A stretch of DNA of 64,000 bases from Camelus ferus (lineage: Eukaryota), in NCBI RefSeq assembly GCF_009834535.1, contig NC_045696.1:24926001-24990000 (forward strand). The letters run 5' to 3'. Positions within the stretch are counted from its first letter, which is position 1; each line of letters opens with the position of its first letter. A program made the translations under genes and the position numbers. Positions 39,401 to 52,018 of this stretch are shown in pieces. The notes beneath the pieces were generated by a model. The model made no database searches, was not told where the DNA came from, and saw only the letters and a list, made by a program, of their open reading frames with translations.

Positions 39401-40399
39401 CTGCCCTTTAAAATGAGCTTATCTTAATTTTAGCATGAAGAAAACAAAATAAGGATGATGAATCAAACACCAGAAGGTCACATCAAGATATTCTAGAAGC
39501 AAATTAAAGTGACATTTGTTTAATAAACTCCTTTTAGATTCATGTACTGGCTTTCCTCCATTAAAAGTAAATATTCAGAGCCACTTAAGATTTAGCTAAA
39601 AAGTATCAGTGACATTTTGAGCTCTCCCAAATTTACTCTTGATTAATGTCAAAAGACATTAGATTTCATTTTTTCCTCAATTCCAATAAAGACTGCTTTC
39701 CTTACTTTCTGCCAATGCCTTTTCATGAAATATAAAAGACATTACTAATGATTTTCTGTTGTGCTGTGTAATTTTGAAAAACGAGATTCAATGTTCCCAG
39801 TAAGAAGCATGGCTTTTGAATATTTTTTCCATGTAAGTGTGTCACTCATAATTTCTAGAACTTGCTATAGCAGCCATTAAAAAAAAAGTCTTAATGTTGC
39901 CTGCTGATAAAACTATTTTAGTCAAAAGAGACGAGCACACCTGGGCCACACACGTGCTCCTCGGCACAGGGGTTTCTATGTCATGTGTAAGTAATGAGGC
40001 TCCATGCCACAGCCGGGCTCCCGGTGTTACCTGATTTAGTCATGCTCTTTCAATTCACTTCGCGTCCGTTTCCCAGGCTCACAACCCTGCCGGTGCAGTG
40101 GTTGGACTGGAAGAGACTGTGGTGTCAATTGCTCTGCATTTATCAATCTAGAATTTCCTCTCCATCCAGGTTTCGGGTCAGAGAAGCCAATTACTAAATT
40201 ATTCTTTTCCTATTCTTACAATGAATTAGTTCTCTACGAGGCCTGTCTTTTCCTTCCACCTGGTCTTGGTCAGGCATCACAGCCTAGGTCATCAGCTAAG
40301 TTATGATAACTGGAACCCGCAAAGGCATAAAGGGTCTCAGCCCCAGGAGGCCCTCTCCTTCTAAGTAAATTTGTGAGCACAAACAGAAACGTCCTCTTA

Positions 40400-41900
40400 A
40401 CTACTGCATGAGAATTTTACGTGTTCTACACATGTGCTTGTTTATTCTGGGCACCTGTTGAAGTTTCTTCTTTGTGGCCCAGTATAGGGGTACTTGCGTC
40501 ATTATACTGTCAGTACTTGGAAGGAAGATGGAGGTCCTCTACGGAGTTTAATATGTAGCTGTTGGATGATGCTTACTGATGTCATTATTCAGGAATTCTT
40601 TATCTGATTTTTCTACGTCATCTCTGAGAGAGTTAAATCTGTACTGTCATGTTTCATTTTTCCTTGTATTTCTGGATTTTATTTGTTTTGTTTTATATGT
40701 TTCAACACTGTCTTACTTGGGACGTGAAGATTATTTATTATATACTTATGGATTTTATCTTTCAACAGTATAGGTTTTCTGAAACTGTTGTTTCAATCTC
40801 TCCTTGCTTTCTTTGTGTATTTCTCGTATTATATATATCTTTGACCATCATCTTATGTTTTGCTTTTGTTACCATTACTGGGTTCACAGAAAATAGTTAT
40901 TGTGTGTTTTTACAATACACTTTCATAGTCTGTTTTTTCCTAAATAAGTTTATTTCCCCATTTGTTTTTATAGGTAGTTTTGTCAAATTTCTGGCATATG
41001 AGTTTATTTTCTATTTTTTAACACATTTTCTTTCCATTTGGACTCCATCTATGCCATATTGTTTCATTGCTATGCTGTATTTTTTGCCATTTCCCAGTAA
41101 TTTGAAAGGAGAGGAGTTTAAATGATTAAGTTTAATGATTGAGTTTGAATGAGTTTAAGGATATGAGTTTTTAATGATTATTTACACTTCTAAATTATAT
41201 ATTTAAACGTTTAAAATTTCAACATAAGAATAAAACAATATTTTATACAACGAAGAATGTTTACATATATGTCTTTTCTGCTCCTTCCTTAAGGATAAAT
41301 ACATATTGAACTCTTGACCATAGAAAAGTATATATATATCCTGTTTTATTCCAACTAAGTAGAATCCTTTAAAAAAGACAATTCTATTTATTAATACAAT
41401 ATTAATATTAATATTTTTACCATAACACATTTGTGAGTTATTTATTTTGGTCAATTTCTCATCTTCAAGAGGAGAATTGTATGTGGATAAGCTTCCTGAT
41501 TTTCATTCTTACTGAGCAGTGTTTTTCCATGATCTGGAAAATATAGATGACAACTGCACTGGGCATAGAATTTTGTGTTCTCACATTAAAACTATGTAGG
41601 CTTCTTTTCATTTGCCTTCCGGCATTGAGGATTCTGAGACAAAACCTAAGAAATAGCTACTATGAAAAATTCTAGTAAACAGATTAAATGACAAGATTAA
41701 AGGAAAAATCTTTAAAAAGCATCTGGGGAGAAGAACGAGGTCACTAGCAAAGTTTTCAGGGTCCAGCTTTAGCTTTCAGGTTTGTCCAAGCTGATTGTAT
41801 TTGCTCACCATTTTGTGAGTTTAAATAAAGTTTTCTTTCTTTGTTTCTGAGTAAACTTGTTTTCTTGATTTGGTGACTAGTTTAGTTCATTTTGATGTGA
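40400..41900 (-). mobile_element. Old L1 (L1M) remnant, antisense
   Basis: T-rich degenerate text typical of antisense L1 (gtggcccagtata, ctgggcatagaatttt, cttccggcattg). Explains the hydrophobic ORF 40649..41125. Confidence 0.6.
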
Positions 41901-42444
41901 CTCAGGGAAAGATGTTTTATAAGTAAGAAATACCACCATTCTTCTCAAGAGTTGTATTTTGTCTCTTATGTAGTTGATGGCTAGCATAAAATACAAATAC
42001 AATAAAATAATTCAATAATACAAATACAATAAAATAATTTAAGAGAGTGTTAACAATTTTACTAATTTTATTGCAAATAAAAATCTTTCTATAACAGTGC
42101 TTTGAAAATTAGAACTTCATAATTCAGCTTCTCTGAGCTTCCAGATTTTTTAGATGGGCAAACGAATCCAGAGATTCATCTATGTATTTATTGCTTAAAT
42201 ATTTAATGTCAATTCTAGGAATATAATAAAGTTTTCCTACTATCACCGAGAATTTTATCCACTACTGAGTTTTCAAATGCTGTATTTGTGAGCTAATGTG
42301 GCTTGCAGGGAGAAAAAAAATAACCCATTCTGATTTAATTATGACTCAAATAGATGAAATGTATCATGATTATACAAGGTTCTCATATTTTGCACTTGAT
42401 GCCCATCATGAATGAAGGACTCGTTATCCCAGCTGCCTGGAGTG

Positions 42445-42785
42445 TTGTAGACAAAGAACCTTCTAGAACTTCCTTCCTGCTGAGAGCCACTGCCTCACCC
42501 ATGGTCATGTCCCCTCACAGGGCAGCCTTCATTCGTGACTGATGGATGTATGAGGTATGAATCCCAATTCAGACACCCCTGAGATGCGTCTCAGCTCCAG
42601 GACTCCCTGTAAGTTGGTTGAGGACTGTGTTGAGGTTGTATCACTCTTCATCTTCTCCCTCTGTTCAGTATTGCTTCTTTCTTTTCCTTTCTACAGGTTT
42701 TAATCTTAAGGACACTTCTTGACAACCTTTCTGTACCCTCGTGTTCATTTCAGATTCCTGCATAACGCAGTCAAACCTGGAATAG
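42445..42785 (+). mobile_element. LTR16-like ERVL LTR
   Basis: gagagccactgcctcacccatggtcatgtccc...gtgactga...cagctccag...cttctccctctgttcagt...gcttc. Confidence 0.65.
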
Positions 42786-42924
42786 GATTTAAAAAGAATT
42801 CTTTTTGTAATAATATAGTTGAATATATTTTTCTTACATAGCCTGAATCCATTTTTGCCTGGAGCACAAGAGGACAAAGAACATGCCTACCACTCCCCAA
42901 GGTTTACTTGATTTTATCTTTGTG

Positions 42925-43920
42925 AGGCTCATTGTCTAGTCAATAAGCATTTGTGTACCAGATCCTGTGCCAAGTGCTGGTCATTAAGTGTTGATGACAA
43001 TGGGGTAGAGCCCTGACATAATACTATATTATTGAAAAGGCTCTCCTAAATAAAAATCAGTAATCACATAAATACACAAGACATGTATTAAAATGTATAT
43101 TATGAAGAGAAATGTAATAGAAATAAAAATTGAGGGCAGGAGTGGGTTGAAGATACAGTGAGATAAGGTAGGATCCAGAAAGGCTACTTTGAGAAAATGA
43201 CATGTAAGCTGAAGACTGAAAGATGAAAAGATACAAAGAGAATTCCAAAAAAAAAGTGAAAAAGCACTTGCCAAGGCCCTGTGCCAGGAGAATACTTGTG
43301 TATTGGTATCTGAAGTTCATTGTGGCTGGAGCATAATAAACAAAGGAGAGATGGCATGATGTGAGGTTGTAGTTATGGTGAGGGCTAGGGACTCAGGTTT
43401 AGGTGTGGTTTTTCTTCCACAAGCATTAGGAAACTTCAGAGATATTTAACCAGGGCAGTGACATGATGTAATTACTTAGAAAAAAAAAATGATTACTCTC
43501 TTTGCCATGTAGAGAATAGGGGTGGAGGAGGGGGGAAAGTGGAAATATGCAGACGTGCTAGGGACCCATTGGTATATTGAACGTAGGGGTTGACAGTGGT
43601 TTGGGCTAGTGCTTACTATAGAGTTAAAGCTGAATGGATGCATTAGAGATGTGCTTACAAGTTTGAAATGGTAGGACTGCTGATTGGTTGCAGGTAGGAA
43701 GACGGTGAAGGAAGGGATGAAAAGTGAGTATTCCTTGCAATTGGGGTTGAAAAACTAGGTGCATAATGGGGCCATTCATGAGATGACTCCATGACAGCAG
43801 GAGGACTTCTGGATTCTCTGGAAGAGTTAATAGAGGCTGTGCTCTGGGGTCCATGGGAAGGTACTTACAGTAGAACAGGGACAATTGTATAGAGTAAGAT
43901 GGAGAAGAAGAGTACAAATG
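42925..43920 (-). mobile_element. L2 remnant, antisense
   Basis: aagcatttgtgtaccagatcctgtgccaagtgctgg...tgccaaggccctgtg...cattgtggctggagc...cagggcagtgacatga. Confidence 0.75.
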
Positions 43921-46434
43921 GAATTTTGTTAAATAGTTTTACAGAGTTCAGTAGAACATAAAGTAGTATCCAGTCCAATCTTTCCATTATAGAGATGAGC
44001 AAACTGAAGCTCAGAAACTAAGCAACCTGTCAAAGCCATCTAGTGAGCCAAAGGGTATTTCGCTCATTAGGTAATACCTCGTTTATTTAAATAGTTCTAA
44101 TTATTTTAGATGTTTTATATATTCCTTTGGTCTTAGTTGTAAATAAAATTTTATTTAAAACTTGTTTCCATTTTTCACTTTACTTACTTTTCATAATTTC
44201 ATGTAAAAGCCAACTCAAAAATTTTAAATTTAACTACTGAGCTTCACACTAAGGCAATGCATTCCAAATGATGAATATATGGAAAACAACTTTGTTGACA
44301 AAGAAAATATTAATTGATTGAAAGTTCAGAGGTTTACAATACATACAAATAAATACCATTTTGAAATAACATCCTTTTAATTATATATGCAGCCAGAGTT
44401 CTAGTAATTATAAAAATATCACAAAAGTATTTTTCAAGTAAAATGAAACTGGAAATGTTTAAGAACTATATGAAAAAAATATTTGCCTGCAAGAAAAACC
44501 CATCTTCTTGTGGAGGATTGCTTTAGCCACTTTCACAGGTGTAGGTGACAAATAATTTAAATACACATCAGTATGATGAGCAAATGCGTGCTTAGAAATA
44601 ATCTTACATTTGAAAACAGAGTTGTATTATCACCTTTGTAAGGCTTATCCTTTTCCTCCATACTTATATAATTTTGTCATCTATAGATTATGGGAATTTT
44701 AAAAATAGCTCATAGTTAAGAAACACCACCATAGCATTTAACTGAATATAAAATGAAATATTTCCGTCTTCTCTAAAAGCCTTTTAAAGATACATACCAT
44801 TATCAGTACAGCTAGGTGAGGGCACTTCCTATCTTCAAGTTCTCCTATTTCTTCAGGATGAGAATCCTTTTAGGATCTGCTGAGGATAACACTGTGCTGT
44901 TTTTCGGCCTGGTTATTTTTACTTACTCCTTCATTCCTCATTTTTATGTATTTACATTTTATGTATTGAAATATTCCTTTTTCAAATGTACAGAATACAG
45001 CTATACAAATGAGAGTAAGTTGTCATTTATGCCACATGGAAGTTCAAATATAATTTTACCCTATCTGGTGTCTGTTAGTTTCTGAGGTTCCTAAATCATC
45101 GATATTATATATAATTTACAAGTGTATCTCAGAATATTCATCTGAGTGCTGCTGATTATTTCCTGTAATATTCCTAAGGGATATTAATAAGCTGGAGATG
45201 TAAAGGGGATTCACAGAGAAAATTAGGCTTCTGAATTGGAGATTGTATCCCCACAATGGACTAGAAACATATTGACATGATTGAAAAAAAAATTTTATAG
45301 AGAAAAAATTCTGCAGTCTAGCTAGCTGTGTGACCTTGGGCAATTTCCTTAGTATGTCCCAACTTCATCTCTTTCATCTCTAATAAGAAGGCTTTTTCAA
45401 GTCCTGGTTTTTAGGTCTTTTAATGCCTTTCTACTTTTAAGATTCTTGGATGTCTGCTCTAGGTGGTAAAGGGCAGTGTCTTTAATTGCATATTGACTTC
45501 CATGTGAAAATATTAACAACATGGAATTCTCCTGCTCTAATGTTTGACATTTTTCTCAGCTTCCTTTGTGGGTTTATGCAGTTTCCTCAGAAACCAACTG
45601 ATAGAGTGGAGGAGGGGTCATGTGACAGGAGGCAGTCATAAAGGAAACGACACAAGGGTGCTTGGGGGATATACAGTACAACTAGGGAATACTTCTCTCC
45701 AATAAAAAGACCAAGGTCACAACTTGACCTCTTTAGAAGCCAATCTGTCCTTTAAAATGTCTGGCTACACTGAAGTCCCACTCACTGCTGGGTTTAAAGT
45801 AAATGCTTTTCATGTGCACCTTCCTATGGGAAATGAGGAATACTGGGGGAGGCAGAGCCTAAGAAGCAAGTGAGAATATCTGGTAGATTTTCCTAGACTG
45901 TAAATCTTTACATATCTCCAAGCCTAATGAAGTGATTTATTGTCTCATAATGCACAGTGAATTGTACAGACACTTCTTTGTGGTCATAATAACTAAATAC
46001 CAAATAGGATTCCCATGATTCTTGTAGATGTCATTCATATGGCATATTTATGCTCATTTTTTTCTTGTATAGCAATTCTTAGCTTCTTGGTTTTTGCACT
46101 TTTTGTCACTTTTTCATAATCTTATTCCATCAGGGAAATGCAAGTTGGAAATTCTAAGTAGAAAGACTACCTTGCTTTTGTGCTGAATGCTTTGTGACAA
46201 AAAATGTTGAAAACAAATACTCTGTTTCTTTTAAGTATTTAAATATTTTTGGAGCTACTTCATTAAAATTTCTCATGGATAATATTTGATATTTCCCTTA
46301 TTAATCCATGATACACTGTCTTCCAAAAATTGTTGGAGAGGCTTAAAAAAATCAATCATGTATAAATAAAGTTAATGAAATTGAAAGGAAACCTGCAGTC
46401 AGGAAGTAAAAGGTCGGAAGTTCATGTGTTAACC

Positions 46435-46660
46435 ATGAGTTAAACAGAGCTTGGACTCTGGTAGCCCAAGCCAAGGTTTAATAATCTTGTCTGTGAGTTA
46501 CTAGCTCTGTGGGGAAGTTACTTAAAATTTCTGAGTCTTAGTTTAGTGGATGCTATGAATGGCAACTCCGTAGAATTATAACAAGTATTATATAAAAGAC
46601 TTGGTGTCTGAAAGAAGGGGATTATAGGAGTCATAAGATTATTAAACATTAGTTGTATTT
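46435..46660 (+). mobile_element. MIR
   Basis: gagcttggactctgg...ttactagctctgtg...aagttacttaa...ctgagtcttagttt. Confidence 0.65.
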
Positions 46661-46745
46661 TTATTAATATTACCATTGTTATTACCATGCTTATGGTATA
46701 TTCTTTCCTTGACAATGCAATTTGGAAATAAAGGGAATTGCAGAA

Positions 46746-46872
46746 CAGTGCTTCTCAAGGTTAAATGTATATATGAATCATTTGGGTCTTGTCAAAATAC
46801 AAATTCTGATTCAGTAGGCGTGGTTTCTGAGAAGTTCCAGGGGATGCTGATGCTGTTGGTCCACAGACAGAT
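46746..46872. mobile_element. MER5A fragment
   Basis: cagtgcttctcaa...gaatcatttggg..cttgtcaaaatacaaattctgattcagtagg...gatgctgatgctgttggtcc. Confidence 0.75.
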
Positions 46873-47449
46873 GACTTCTGTGCAGGAGCAAATCTCCATA
46901 TATAGAAGGTCATGATTGTATTAGAAGTGGAAGTATGTCAGTTTCCCAAATGAAACTAAGTTATAGATTTAAATATTAATCCATATATCCTCACCATTTA
47001 GCATTTGTTCTCACCATTAATGGTATAATTCAGACTAAAAATCAGCAAAGAAAAAATTCAAATAATCTTCCTGTTTATTCATTCAATAAACATTGGGTTA
47101 CTACTGCTGGGTTACTTGCTGTAGATGGTAGAAAGATAACTTTGACCTAGCTCCTTAAGAATCCCATTACAAACTTTATTTTTATAGGAATCTAAGAGAC
47201 TTTATGCAAGTAACTGCAGTTCAACAGAGAAACTGAAAAGTGCAATAAAACACGCAGGCAAAGTGTTAGAGGAGGTCAGAGGGGAGGGAATGATCCTAAA
47301 ACAGTATCTACTTGTAACATTAATTGGACTGTCTTTTCCAGGCAGCCCTCAGCCAATTGTCAAAGTGAACTTTGAGGCTTGCTTCCTGATATCTTGCCTT
47401 TAAGTGGCCATATCTTACTATTTCTGGAGGTTGTCAGTTTCTTCATATA

Positions 47450-47610
47450 GTAATAGCAAAGACTTAATTCATACTATGTATCACAACTATTCTATGTGTT
47501 TTGTTTTCATAGATTCATTAATCCTCACAATGAGCTATGAAGTAATTAGCATTATTTCTCTCATTTTGCAGATGAGGAAACAGAGAACCACAGCCATTAA
47601 ATTAACTCAG
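47450..47610 (-). mobile_element. MIR fragment
   Basis: cattaatcctcacaa...ctatgaagta...ctcattttgcagatgaggaaacagag. Confidence 0.8.
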
Positions 47611-48524
47611 GTTTTTCTAAAATATCAGCCCCCACCAGGCTTGCTCACACTCTCCCAAATCCTAATACTTCCTGACCTGTTTTCCGTGAAGTCCCCTCCT
47701 GCTTTGCTATCTTTTCATTCTTGTGATCACAGCTTACCTCTCATTCCTTCAAGTAGCCTCTGTTTTACAAGATGATTCCACATTTTCTTGTGCATAACAG
47801 ACCCTCAGACATACTTGTCATATAAAGTAAGTGGATAAATCTGTAAGTGCATGTTAGATTTTAGTGAATGATTTAGTAGGTTAAAAATTTATCTACTCCT
47901 CTACCAAATGTATTTGACTTTAGTAGCAATTCCCCGAGCACATTCAAAGGAATGACTCTAGGGGTGAAAATTTTAGCCAGTGGATGAAAAAGATGGTAAG
48001 CCATGGTATGTTCTAGTGACAGGTCACTTTTGTAGTACTGAAGTATATTCCTGTTTCTCCTCTGTGTTGGTCAAAATAGTATATTTCATTTTCTGAGATG
48101 TAAATGCATATCTCTTTCATTGAAAAAAATATGGAAAACTTTAAGGATTAGATCAAGTGGAGATCCTCTGCTGATTTACCTACTATCTTTATTTTTATGT
48201 TGTACTTTAAGCCTGTAGACAATGTATTGAGTTAGGAATTATGAGCTTTTAAAAATGCATTCAGAACAGGTAGATTGTCTTTTCTTCTTTCAGAATCTTT
48301 GATTTTTGTGAAATATTTTTCTCCAAATCCTTATTAGTTTATATTCCCTTCCCTAACTCCACTTCATGAACACCTATACACAAATAAAATTATTATATTT
48401 TAAAAATTAAAGCCATTTTAGGAGACAGTTTGGTCATTAAAAATGGCCAGATGGGAGATGGCTCAGCCATCCTAGGACCTGGCTGTCAGTCTGTTCTCTA
48501 TAATATTTCAGAAAGATCAAAAGC

Positions 48525-48845
48525 AAACTGGGTGAAGGGAGTCAAAAGGTACAAACTTCTAGTTATAAAATAAATCAGAGAGATGTAATGTCATGACTAT
48601 AGTTAATAATAATCTATTGCATAGTTGAAAACTTGCTAAGAGAATAAATCTTAAAAGTTCTTCACTGCAAGAAAAAAAATTGTAACTATGGTGACAGATG
48701 TTAACTAGACTCATGGTGGTGATTATTTATGTATATATATATACACTATGTATATATCAATGTGTATATATATAATATTGGTTTGTTATGTTGTATACCT
48801 GAAACTAATGTGATATGTCAATTGTACTTCAATAAAACAGAACAA
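48525..48845 (+). mobile_element. L1MA-type LINE-1 3' end
   Basis: ggtgaagggagtcaaaaggtacaaacttctagttataaaataaat...atgactatagttaataat...ttgctaagaga...tgttgtatacctgaaactaat...tcaataaaa. Confidence 0.85.
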
Positions 48846-50739
48846 AACATCACCACCAACAAAATAATCTGATCTGAGATGCTGTGATAGCCCCTTGCAT
48901 AGCCTTCCAAACATCTTTTCTCTCTAACTTCCCTTTACTGATATAAAAGTAAAAACTTGCAAGCTCCAATCCAACCCAATGTAGATACAAGTGTTACTGT
49001 GTGATGGTTACCAATAAAAGTAGAAAAGGAATTTTATCATAAGTTAAAGGCAAAAAGGCATCATAGAAATGAGCTAGGGCATGGGAATGGCTCATGGACA
49101 GTTGTTCAGTGCAAAATATTTCCACTAGACAATTCATTAAGTTGAGCTAAAAGTTAAAATCCTTTAGAGGAAAACAGAATGAAGTATGTGAAAAAAATAT
49201 GTAAAAAAGTGTTACACTCTGTGCCAAGGTTAATACTATCCAGAGTGTTGAAAGATTTGTGGTCTTGCCTTTGAGGAAGCTGAAAGGTCAAAAATCACAA
49301 GGATGCATGTATGCTGTCATTTGCTTGGTTACTAATTTTTCTCATTATTTCCATAATGAGATGTACTATTTCAACAGAGAGTCCCTCTTGAGAGTTGCTT
49401 TAAGTGTTTTCAGGCAGGAAGCTCTTTTGCTTTCATGTTATGGCCTTGGCCAAGGAGTTCAGATAGACTTCTCATTTATTCAACAAGAATGTATAAATTT
49501 GTTATTATTTGTTCATTACTCTTCAGTGCTATGCTGTAAATTCCATGAGGGCAAAGACCATATCAAGTTTAAACACCACTGTATACCCCTCATCTTGCAC
49601 AAGTTTTAGAAAAAAATTAGTGTAGGTACATATTTTTGAATAAATTAAGGAATGATTAGATTAAGTTTAACCAAATGCTTTGCTCTCAACTCTGGTCTAG
49701 AGCTTTCGATTGATAATGTATGAAAAACAAAATTTGCAAACAAAATCCCTCTCCTTTAAGAAGCTTTTTGTCTACTTGTACAGATAAACTATATGCACAT
49801 AAAATTTTAAGGAAAAATATCTGGGCTTTTGCTTGTATGTGAAAATTTAATCCTTTTTCTGTTCAACAAATTTTACTAAAAGTCATTTATACAATGCTGA
49901 TTAATAGTTTATGTGTGGACAGAGCTATAAAAAATTGAGGATAAGCATTGCAAAGAAGGAACAGAGAGTGTTGCTAGCATTCAAAGGGGGAAAATACTTA
50001 CACTGGATAAACAAATCAGAGAAAGATTTATGGGTACATGTACACTGAGTGTTGAAGGATGGATATGATATTATGCCAAAATCAATAAATATTTTAAATA
50101 GGAGAAAGATGTAAGTGTATATTTTATCTTTGTGTTTCAATTAGATACAGTAGTAATATGAATAAAATAGAATGTAGTTAGTCATACCTTGATCAGAGTC
50201 TTTTATGGTTGTTTATAATCAGAATTCACTCTTAATTAGTGATTGGCATTGATTAGGTACTTCAAAATTGCTCACCTGCTGTGAACCAGTTTTATCCTTT
50301 TTTAATTCCTGAATTGCCTTGAAAATAAGAAAAAGACCATCTTGAATAATCTTTGTAGCAGAGCATAGAATGAATCATCAGGATGAAACTGGTTACAGGA
50401 AATCTGACTGTACTTCTTTTACTTAATACTTCCCTCTCTACAAGGAAAAAAAATAAAACCTATATTATAGTATTTCATACCACAGAAGCAATTATTATCC
50501 TTTGCCTTAGGAAGAAATACATAGTAACATAATAGTAAAGATGTCAATTGAATTATTTACTTTATTGACTATGTTTCTATAGGTTTAAGTAAATTTAATT
50601 TTCAGTGCTATTCAGTATCATGCTGGAAGCTTGACCTTTTCCTATAAGGTTAGTTGAAATGAATGACTACTGATAGTTTAAAAAAATTAACATTAGTTAG
50701 AAATTGCATGTTATCAATGGGAAACAAGTGTGTTGTTTA

Positions 50740-51080
50740 CTAGGGTTTCTTCTATTGCAAGAAGGCCATGCCTATTTGGCTTCTTGGAAGAGCCAGTATC
50801 TGGTCTCTTTTGCCAAGTGCAAAATTCAGCTGACATGTGGCTGAAAATTGATGCTGAAGATTTTCAGCATTATTTGCCTTTCTTAGTTCTGACTATTTGT
50901 CATTCATTTATAAGTAGTCATGGTTCGCATGCATCTGAACCGTTGTTACTTGGAGTGCTTGGCTACTCCCAAGTCTCACTGTGATTCTGGAAATTCATCA
51001 GGCTCCTGGTGTATTGGTTGATGGTTCTATTATCTTTATTGGTTCAATTGCACAGTGTCATCTAAGATGCTGCAGGACAT
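50740..51080 (-). mobile_element. Possible ancient RTE-X/L4-like LINE 3' remnant
   Basis: Reverse strand ends ...ggcatggccttcttgcaatagaagaa and translates to MLKIFSIN...HLAKETRYW, loosely like RTE ORF C-termini. Weak. Confidence 0.35.
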
Positions 51081-51129
51081 TGTACACAGGGTATGGACTG
51101 CAAGACATGCACATTTCAGTTATTATTTA

Positions 51130-51300
51130 TGTTCAGAGGCTTGGAATCTCTGTGATCTTGAGCAGATAGCTTATTCAGTCTCTAATTCTTAAGATATAAA
51201 ATAGAGTACTGCTTCACAGAATTGTGATAAAGATTAGCTTGGGGGAAAATAAGGTTGTTAAGTAAGAAGCCTGATGTTTAATAAGTGTTAGTTACCTTCT
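51130..51300 (+). mobile_element. MIR fragment
   Basis: ctgtgatcttgagcag...ataaaataga...tgcttcacagaattgtgataaagatta...tttaataagtgttagtt. Confidence 0.6.
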
Positions 51301-51728
51301 CATAGGAATCTATGTTGTCATAACTAGTAGGTTGCTGATTTAGGCAAGCACATCCCAAATGTGTTTAAAAAAAACATACGGAATTGTACAGCACTCCTTG
51401 GACTTTTCAGTTCTGGAATGTAGCCAAGTTACTCTCGCCGTATGGAGAATAATGCTAATACAGACAAGTCCTCAAACCCCTCATTTACTTTTTGGCATTT
51501 GTGAATTATTGGAGATATTTAGGAAGAAGTCTGAGGTTATCGATCACTTAAACCTGCAGGGGAATGTTAGATGGTAGTGGGTACAGCTGGTCGCCTCCTC
51601 CATACCATTTCTCCTGGTGGCCACATAAGGCATGTCTGCAGCACTGCTCCCCGGACTCCAGTGTCAGGCGCGGGGACTTGCGCGCGCTGCCTGCGCTCGC
51701 TGACTGCCCGGGAGGAGCTGGGAGCCTC

Positions 51729-51749
51729 ATTAGCACCACGGACAGCTCG
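51729..51749 (+). promoter_or_regulatory. RE1/NRSE (REST/NRSF binding site)
   Basis: ATTAGCACCACGGACAGCTCG vs consensus TTCAGCACCACGGACAGCGCC: 17/21 identical, 15-nt core AGCACCACGGACAGC identical, canonical 2-nt spacer. Confidence 0.9.
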
Positions 51750-51799
51750 TGCGTCTGGAGGAGGGAGGCGGGAGGACTCGCTCTCTGCGACAACGCCAG

Positions 51800-52018
51800 G
51801 AAGAGGGAGTGCAGTAGCGGCAGACGGGGGAGGAAGAAGAGAGAAAAGGAAGGACGGCTCTGGGTGGGGAGTGGAAGAAATCCAGGAGCAGCCCGAGCAG
51901 CAGGTCGGGGGTAGCTGCTCAGCTCCACTGCCCTCATTATTCAGTCAGACGCTGCTGAGCTTCCCAGGTTGCTTCCCAGTCCCTCTGGGCGGAGGCTGCC
52001 GTCTAGACCTGACTCCAG
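51800..52018 (+). other. Putative non-coding (5'UTR) first exon; TSS approximate
   Basis: Ends at CCAG|GTGAGT. No ATG between the RE1 site and the donor. Confidence 0.65.

Noticed and set aside
40649..41125. 158 aa hydrophobic ORF resembling a membrane protein
   Set aside because: T-rich antisense L1 remnant; the F/L/I bias is compositional.
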